Source of the DNA: Yuukianura sp. NJ FZ-2021 | Lineage: Eukaryota | Assembly: GCA_046563655.1 (NCBI GenBank) | Contig: CM102288.1 | Span: 6,262,001-6,326,000 of the forward strand | Length of the DNA stretch: 64,000 bases | Reading direction: 5' to 3' | Shown here: positions 30,278-39,162 of the stretch, piece after piece | How positions within the stretch are numbered: position 1 is the stretch's first letter | Layout: every line of letters starts with the position of its first letter | Made by a program: the position numbers and the translations under genes | The notes under the pieces: generated by a model | Database searches by the model: none | Told to the model about the DNA's origin: nothing | What the model saw: only the letters and a program-made list of their open reading frames with translations

Positions 30278-32511
30278 ATGATTGTTGAGCGTTTAATTTT
30301 GGTTTCGGGGGAAAGTGAGACTGAGTTGAAAAAAGAACTGGAGAATTTGAAACTAGCTGCGACAGAAGATGGTGCCAGTATGGAAGGAATTTTGCGGAAG
30401 TACAATACGCATGAGCACAAATCCTTCCGGGCGGCCATCCGAGCAGATTCACTGGACCAATTGATTAAGAATCTTGCTGAGGGAAATTTTCGTACTGCGC
30501 AGGCCCCTGCACAGCCTCCGTCCGTGGGTTTCATGTTCAGTGCTCAAGGCAGCCAGTATTTCGGAATGCTAAGGCCACTCTACGACAGTTTTCCAGTCTT
30601 CAGACATTCTTTGGACAAGTATGAAGATCTTGTGAAGAAAGTGACTGGAGAGGGATTCAAAGAAGGGATTTGGGAGAAGGATAATTTCTGGATTGTGCAC
30701 AGCCAGGCAGTGTTTGTGTGTCTTCAGATGGCGCTGGTTGACCTCTGGAGGTCATTTGGGGTCATTCCCCAAGTAGTCATGGGTCACAGGTCAAACAACT
30801 TATTTTAAAAATTTAGATTTTGTTTTGGAATTTTAATATTCATAGGAACGGAAGTTTCCAGACTTTTGCACTATTTAGATCATTTTTTAGAATAACCAGA
30901 ATGCTACGTATGCGTGCCAGGGCTTCGCCCCAGACATACATACCCATTCGTCTTATTTTCCTGACTTTTTCCAAAAGTCCTTCTGTAGAAAGTTAGAAGG
31001 TGTGATGCTGTTCTTAAAAATCTATGCTTTGGAATTTTTTAAATTTCCATAAAAAAGGAAAATGCACTGAAGTGAATTTGCTACTCTTATCCTGACTTTT
31101 TCCAAAAGTCCTTCTGTAGAAAGTTAGAAGGTGTGATGATGTTTTTAAAAATCAATACTTTGGAATTTTTTAAATTTCCATAAAAAAGGAAAATGCACTG
31201 AAGTGAATTTGCTACTCTTATCCTGACTTTTTCCAAAAGTCCTTCTGTAGAAAGTTAGAAGGTGTGATGATGTTTTTAAAAATCAATACTTTGGAATTTT
31301 TTAAATTTCCATAAAAAAGGAAAATGCACTGTAGTGAATTTGTTAGCCTAATCCTGACTTTTCCCAAAAATCCTTCTGTAGAAAGTTCAAAGGTGTGATG
31401 TTGTTTTAGGAAAACATATTTTAGAATTTTTTAAATTTCTCATGAATAAGGAAAGTCCACTTTTGTTTCCAAAAGTATACTCTAGAAAGTTAGGAGGTTC
31501 ATGATGGCGCTTTGAAAAATAGAATATCTTGTAAATACTTTCAATTTTGCTTGAATGAGGTCGATACATTTAAAAGAATTTTAGCCCAAACGTGACTTAA
31601 TTTTCATGCAAAATTTTGAGAGTAAACAAGTGGATTACTAACTATTCCGGAATTACTTTGTACATGTAACTTGTCGTTTATTTATCATTGGAGTTAATTT
31701 GTTTGTTGCTTAATCAGTTTCGGAGAATTCGGAGCTGCCGTGTACGCTGGAGCGATGACGCTGGAAGACGCTGTGGCTGCAGCCAATGATCGCTTTCGTC
31801 TCATCCGAACAACTGGACCAGCAGCAATGATGGGCATAGGAGGTTCAGAGGAGGTGAGATTTAGCACAGATTCTGAAGATTTTAATTTTTGAAAAACTCA
31901 AAATCTTGAAATTTTAAATTTGACTGCAGGAAGTGAATCGACTGATGGCGGAATTTGAAAAAACGGCAAAAGATGCCGATGATTGGCTGGACGTCTGTGC
32001 GGTCAATTCTCCCGAGGAAGTGCTCGTATCTGGGCCCAAGAAACGAGTAGAAGCTTTTGAGAAAGTTTGCATCTTAGCAGGACTGAAAACGCGTCCGACG
32101 GAATCTCCGTTTGCATTTCACTCGAGGGCAATGGATCCCATCATGGCCGAATTTGCACAAAGTATGAACCGAGTGAAATATTCAGAAACACTCAGTTGTT
32201 CGTATATTTCTGCCACTTACGGAAGAGAAGTGGAGAGTGAAGAATTAAATGCCGACTATTGGCTCAAACACCTCAGGCAAACTATGCACTGCGGAAAAGC
32301 TGTAGTTGAAATCTGGAAAAAAGCTAAGATCTTAATAGAAATCGGGCCGAGAGAGATTTTAGTGCACAAAGCTCGGGAAAACATTCGGATCACGACGAAA
32401 GATGAAGAAAATGGACTCATTTTGGCATCAGTCAAGAGACAAGATCCCAACTGCTTCTATGAAAATTTAGCACAACTTTTTCTACAAGGAATCAACATAA
32501 AACTCAGCTAA
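30278..32511 (+). CDS. Stand-alone PKS-type acyltransferase (KS-AT linker + AT + post-AT linker), 3 exons, 409 aa
   Basis: Exons 30278-30789, 31718-31853 and 31930-32511 join in frame (1230 nt). Motifs are FMFSAQGSQYFGM, GH|SFGE (catalytic Ser codon split by intron 1), AVNSP, FAFHS, YWLKHLRQ and IEIGP. No KS or ACP in the gene. Confidence 0.88.
30960..31480. repeat. Tandem repeat, 131-bp unit x~4, in acyltransferase intron 1
   Basis: ctgactttt recurs at 30961, 31092, 31223 and 31354. Confidence 0.9.
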
Positions 32512-33001
32512 AAAGTGTAAAACTAAATTTAATTTTAAAAATTGCTGTAAAAATTCATAAGTAGACTAAATGAAGAAACAAGTTTGATATTTCAAATTTT
32601 TTGAGTTGACTGGATTAAGGTGATCCGTTATCCGGATGCCGACTTCTGAATTTTTACATTTTTGGTGAATTGTGACTGGACTCTTTTCTGAATTTCATTT
32701 TGGAAATTGATTTTTTTTTTGCAAAGTGTTGAGTATGAGTTTTGTCAAAATTTTTAAATTGGTGTCAAAGTTTTCCTTGCTCTTAAATAAAAAAATAAAA
32801 TCTGACTTTGACAACGCCTCTTTTGGTTTCTGTTTCATGGAATTATGAATTTTTTTTTTCAAATGAAGTTGGGAAGTTGTGGTTGACTTCCTGTTTTTCT
32901 TTTAAATTCTAACCGCAAAAACCATTTTTCTTTAATTTTCCTCCAAGTTTATTCTAAAATGCAAATAACTTCTAATAATGAAACTGATTAATTGAAAATG
33001 A

Positions 33002-33941
33002 TTAATTGGCTCTGACTCTGGACATAGAAGCGACCAGGGCAAAAATGGATGTTGCCATGGCAACGACGGTTGCCATGGGGCTGATGACGAGGCCAGTGGC
33101 TGCATTGCAGCCATCTACGGTGCAGCACAGGAAACAACCTGTTTTGGATTTCTGTTCTTCCGTGCATGGTTTGTCACAGGGTGGGTCCTCTTTGTCTTTT
33201 CGGTACTCGCAGAATCGCACAATCTGAGAAAAGTTGGCTAAAAAAGGAGAAATCAGAAAAAAAATTTAAAAAACTGAAAATTGAATTTTTTTTAATTTTG
33301 GTTTTTGAAATTACCTGGTTGCTGGCGGAGCCACTCCTTGTTGGTGGATTCCTTGTGGAGCACTTCCTTCATGCATTTGAGCGTGTATCCTGGCTGCTCC
33401 TGCCAGCCATACTCGTGTCGCTGGCTGGGAGCAGGAGCTGGAATTATTTTATAGTAGTAAAGCTATATATCTGTATGATTGAAATAATTATTTTATTTAT
33501 ATAATTATGTTATATAAACTAACGTGCTCCTTGTGCCTGTGCCTGACCCTGCTCCTGGTTGATGTTGTAGGGTGAGTGTGGGTTGAATTTGTTGTCGTTC
33601 CAGCGTTCGTCCATCCACTCGTTCTTGAGTGCCCTCATGGCGCCGACATCGCACTCTTTCGGCTTAATATACTCCGAGTATTTTTCTGGATAGCGACACC
33701 ACTCCTCCTTTGTCCCATCTTTTTGATCCGCAGTGTTGCAAATGTAGCACTTCAGACCCAGCGACTCTGAAAACAAACAATTGTATACTATTTAAATAAT
33801 ATAAATAATATCATTAATAGAATATAAATAATATAAATTTCTAACATAACTTCAACAATTTAAACAATTTTTAGAAAACTTACGTTGGACGGTAGCGACG
33901 AGAACTACGAGCAAAATGGCGGAGATTCTGAGCTTGCCCAT
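33002..33941 (-). CDS. Ly6/uPAR (three-finger, quiver-like) GPI-anchored protein, 4 exons
   Basis: Signal MGKLRISAILLVVLVATVQ, then LKCYIC...C...C...CMKE...RFC...C...C...CFLCCTVDGCN and a hydrophobic GPI-type tail. Exons splice in frame using the acceptor at ~33238. Confidence 0.82.
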
Positions 33942-34762
33942 TTCGATCTAGACAAAAACCAAATTTGTACTGAGCAAAAAGCTTCGTATACAAATCAAAA
34001 TGAAAACTGCTGGGCAAAAAGGTTCCTGTACTAGCAAAAAAAAACTCCCTGTACGATGCAAAGTGATTTATTACTGGGCAAAATGCTTCGTCTACGACGC
34101 AAAATGGTTCTACTATTAAGGAAAAACTTTTCTTTACGTTGATCAACGGGTGTAGTACTGGGCGAAAAGCTTCCTCTACGAAGCAAAATGGTTGTTGTAC
34201 TGAGCAGAAAGCTTCCTTTGCACGCTAATTTAGTTTAGTTGGAGACTAATTTGGAAAATTAGTTTACCTGATTGGCGTTTTGTGATTCGTGCTTGGTGTG
34301 TTGTGGTTGTTGTAAATTTGCTGTTTGTGGGAACACCGTGGGAAAAACCGTGTTTTCTGGTGGACCGTGGAAACAGGAGTGTCTATCGTCACGATACTTT
34401 CTTTACACTTGGATTGGACGGGAAGTGGATGGATCGGAGGAAACAGTGGTAAGATGCCCGTCATTTCCGCTGGCTCCAGGAAAAGTCAAACAGCAAGTGG
34501 AGGAAATCAAAACCAAAATTTCACTTCCAAAATAGTTACCAAATTCGTAGAAATCGGCTGATAGCGTCAAAATTTTTGAAAGAAAAAAAATGCGAAACTT
34601 AATTCAATGAAAAACGAACGAAGGTACTTTGCAAAAGTTCACGAAACATTGAATTTAATTCGATTAAAATGACATAAAATTATGTTGTGCAAGACTATCG
34701 GCTTACATACTATGTAAGGTTAATGTAAAATTTTAAGTTTTATGTAATAATTTGGTTAGTAT

Positions 34763-37700
34763 TTACTTCAGTCGTATGATTCTGTCCAAGTTATCTCTAA
34801 AATGCTGCTGAAATAATTCAATATCTTGCCGACCTCTGAATTCGACTCGAGCGATGCCATCTTCAATGCGAACAGTCGTCAGTACTTTTGTGGCTGGCAG
34901 TATTGGCCACCCTCCGTGGATACTGCGAAGTATGTACTTGGCTCCTCCCACTTCAAACTCCTCTCTCCGAGGAGCGGAGTCAACGACAAAATCAAATAGG
35001 AATTGAACAGAGTCATGCTCCACCAATCGATGAACTCCTCCAGCCGAAGCCACGCCCATGTCAATCGGAAACAGCAAGTTGGCCTTTGATTTTTTCACAT
35101 CGGCAGCAACTTTTCTGATCACTTTCTCAATTGACCCGTCTCGGCCAAGGTCAAAGGTCAATGGAATCACTTGAGTAAGGTTTCCAAGTAGTTCATACAG
35201 TTGCGGATGGTCTCTGAGTGACAGAAAAGTTCCCACGGTGACCTCTTCGTCAGGGTCAATGACTTTTTCTGTCATAACTTGACCTGATAAAAACAAATCG
35301 TAGAGACTCACGCCAAATCGAGACGCGAAACTCCTCAAAGACTCTAATTCGTCTGCGGTTAAAGTTATCCACGACGTGAAAAATTCCTCGCTCGTGATTG
35401 GCCCAGAATTTGTGGAAATTTTCGGGGGCAAGTTGAAACTTTGTTTCCAAAAGGTCAAGAGGTCATTGATCTCGTCGTCTTTGTGGAAATTCTTTTGATA
35501 AAAAGCAAAATCAGCATAGTTTATGATTTCTGTATTAAAATCTTCGTGCAGACGGAGGAGTTCTTGGACAAAAATGGACTGTGCAGAGTAGTCCATCGCA
35601 ATGGAATGTGACACGACCAAAATTTTTTGAATTTTCCCGCTTTCAGTTTCGAAGAGACCAACCCTAAGTGGTATTTGAACAGACAGGTCAAATTCTGTTT
35701 GAACAAAATCTTGAACAGCTTCTGTGCAGTTTTTAAAAAGTTGAACTGGCATCTCCACGGATTCCAAAATTTTCTGGATTTTCGTCCCAAATCGACTTTT
35801 TGGATAAACCGTTCTTAAAATTACGTGTTTTTCAACAAGTGCAGAAATTCGGACTAAAAATGGTTCCAAATTTTCCCCGCCTGAAATTTCAAATTCGAAA
35901 ACCACGTTATGGTGATGCCTTTGGCGGGAAACCAAAATTCTCTCTTGCGAAGTTGACAGTGGAGCTTCTTTCAAATTTGGTCTTTTTGGAATTTTGTCAT
36001 AATTTTTGTCTGATGTTGTTTGAATTTCTGTAGATGTCAAGAAACTTTCAAAACTGCCTCCACTTTCCATGACCTTTGCAGGATTGACCTCGAGGTCAAG
36101 TTTTTGAAACAAAAGGTTAATGACCTTGATTGCCAACAAACTGTTGCCTCCGAGGCTAAAAAAGTTGCTTGTAAGGTCAACCGAATTCGGCGGGAGGCAG
36201 AGAACGTCTTCCCAAATTTGAGCAACGACGAGTTCCTCAGAAGATTTTGGCGGGTTTTCCAAATTTTGTGGAGTTTGGTTCAAATTTGGAGCCGATTTTT
36301 TGGAAATGTTTGAATTTGGAGGTGAAATTTCTTGAAGCTGCGTTCGATCAATTTTTCCATTTGGGGTAAGCGGGAATTTCGAAAGGCAGATGAGTGTTGT
36401 AGGAATCATGTACTCGGGAATGTTCAATTTCAAAAATTGGCGAACTTTTTTTGTTAAATTTTCCCGCTCAAGATGAGTGCTAGCGACGTTGGATTTTGGA
36501 ACGAAGAATCCAAGTAGTTGATTCCCCTCCTTCAACGTTTTTGAAATTACAACTGAAAATAATTTTTGATACAAAAAATATAAAACTAAATTATTTTTCA
36601 AAATTTTATGCTTTCGAAATTACCCGCTCTGGAAATTTCCGGTACTTTGAGCATAGTGGTTTCCACTTCCAAAACTTCGATTCGAATTCCACGGACTTTG
36701 ACTTGCAAATCCTTTCTGCCTAAAATTTGAATTTTCCCATCCACTTCTACTCCGAAATCTCCAGTTCGGTACAATCTCCCCCAAATTTCCGGTACGTTGA
36801 AACTGTTTCCCGGTTCGGTCAAAGTGTTTCCCGGGTTTTTCAAAAACGGATTCTTTAGAAACTTTTGTTTAGTTAAATTTTCGTTTTTCAAGTACCCCCG
36901 GGCCAGTCCTGCTCCGCTCAAACAAATTTCTCCAATCGCCCCAGGCGGAACCGGCTTCAAGTCGTTGCTTAGCAACAAAACTTTCTTGTTTGCCACGGTT
37001 CTGTCGAAACTGAAACTCCGCCCACTCGTGACATCCGCTGTTAAGCTGCACATCGTCCCTTCACTGTTTCCATACACATTGTAAATTTTTACATTTGGAT
37101 TGTGCCTTAAAAAAGTAGAGTGGTGCGCAGACGTTAAGGGTTCCCCACCTACGGCGATTCTTTTTAACTTCCTGAGTCTGTGCAGATCGAACTGTGCAAC
37201 AAGAGATGGCGTTCCATCAATATGAGTCACTTGGTTTAACTCAAAGTAGTCCAGAAGGGCCTTGGGTTGCATGAGAAGGTCAAAGGGCACCATGACAAGG
37301 GTCAGCCCTTGAGAAATTGACAATGTTAAGGGCTCCAGAAAAGCGGCAAAGGCGTAGTTGAAGAGCTGCACAACGACTTCGTCTCGAGAGAGATCGGGAT
37401 ATCGAAGAGGGTAGTCGAGACACTGATTGACGACAGCTGATTGGCGGAGCATAACTCCTTTCGGGGTTCCCGTCGTTCCCGAAGTGTAGACCACGAGGGC
37501 AAGGTCGTTGACCTCAGATTTGCTGACCTGCGTAAGATTGCTGACATCTGACGTGCTGACCTGATTAGGATTGCAGACCTGCAGGTCAAACGATGAAATG
37601 TCAATGACTGGACATGACATTTGTGGTAGTTTGGATTTTGATGCTTTGTCTGTCAATAGAGCAATCGGCTGACAGTCGTCCAGAATCAACTGAATTCTGT

Positions 37701-38655
37701 TTGGCGGGTAGTTCGGATCGATCGGAACATAGGCTCCGCCCACTTTCCAGATTCCGAGGATTCCAAAGATGATGAGTTCAGTTCTGTCCAGGCAGAGGGC
37801 AATCAGAGCGTCTGATCGGAACTGAACTTTTGATCGGATGTGATCAGCAATTTGATTGGCTCTTTGATGGATTTGAGCGTAAGTGAACTTCCGATCGCCA
37901 GCTACCAATCCAATTTTGTTTGGAATGCGTCGTACAGTTGAGTCAAACAACTCCGACATGTTTTTGAATTCGGATTTCGGATTTTGAGTTGTCTCGGGAA
38001 AATTTATTGTGTCTGGAGTGAATTTGAGTTTTTCTAGCGGGAGTTCCTGGAAATTCAAAATTTGGTCCAAAATCAACTGTGCAGTGACAGCAAGTTGGGA
38101 CAAGGTGACGTGACCTTGACTTCCTTCCTGGCCGTTGCCTGAGTAGACGAGGTCAAAGGTCAAGCAGTCCGTAAGTTCTGTCACGACTACTTTCAAAGCT
38201 GGTTCCATGTTGAAATTTTCTATTTCCGAGTTCGATTTTTCGAATTTTGATTCTTCTTTGCCTTTGAACTCGAAAATGACGTCAAATAGCCCAATTTCGG
38301 CTGGAGTCAAAGCACAGGAGGCACATTTGAATTTTTTGGCTCCATTTTTAAATTTTTCCAAAATTTCAGTTTTCCCGGGAAAATCATGGTTCATAAAATG
38401 AGCCAATCCAAGTGCTTGGTAGTAAAGTACTGTGGTGTCAGCGTAGCAGTAGACGTGAAGGAGTTGATGCACGACGCCAACAAAAATTTCGTCGTACGCG
38501 ACGCCGTTTTCCAAAAATTCACGAAATTTAGTTTTTTGAATTGAGAATCTCGCGGCGTCCGGGGTTTTCCCGAGGCTTTCCCGAATGTCCTGACGATCTT
38601 CCAGATTTTCAACAAACTTCCGCATGCAATTTCTAGCACAAAGTTCAGAAGCCAT
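34763..38655 (-). CDS. Single-module non-ribosomal peptide synthetase (partial C - A - T - C), 2 exons, 1273 aa
   Basis: Two ORFs are joined by a 71-nt GT-AG intron (36553-36623). A-domain cores: FTYAQI, KVGGAYVPID, YTSGTTGTPKG, NVYGNSE, GEICLSGAGLARGY, YRTGD, GRKDLQVKVRGIRIE, PEYMIP, NGKIDR. PCP motif FFSLGGNSL. C-terminal condensation-like domain: APLSTSQER, HVILRT, HSIAMD, YADFA. Confidence 0.92.
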
Positions 38656-39162
38656 TTCAGATTTTGAAAAATTCCCGTTGTATCAAATTTTGAATAGGTT
38701 TTCAAAAATTTCAAAGAATTTTGAAAACGATTTGAGTCGAGGAGAAGGAAGTGGTGATTGGTTGAGTAAGTTTTGAATTGGAGTGAATCATAAGTTTTAT
38801 AATTTGGGGAAAAGCGTAACAATTCTTCTCATTTCTCCATTCAAATTGTCGTTAAGATTGTCGGGATTCCCGGAAAATTTTGATTGGCTGCTGGATCAAT
38901 CCGGATTTCGAAATTAATTTTAAATTGACATTTTCTTAATTCTTGTGACGGTTGTTGTTATTCATTTGAAATGGATTGAAAATGAGCAGTTAGCTCTAAT
39001 TGCCTTTTAACAACGTCGTTAACTTCAAATTCAAAAGTGTGGAGAGTGACCTCAGTCTCCTCAGGTCACATTCACACAAACTTCAACATTCAAAACACAA
39101 CTCACTTCAAAGTATCTCAATTTCACTGAAGAAAGTTAATCAGACCTCATTCCACAAAAAAA
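38656..39162. promoter_or_regulatory. Putative bidirectional promoter region between the NRPS and the GT8-PKS
   Basis: The two start codons are head-to-head, about 0.5 kb apart. An Inr-like tcagtc is at ~39052. This is positional inference only. Confidence 0.45.

Noticed and set aside
36553..36623. Apparent frameshift or two overlapping NRPS ORFs (operon-like overlap at 36598-36601)
   Set aside because: A 71-nt GT-AG intron restores one continuous A domain (ISRA|VVISK).
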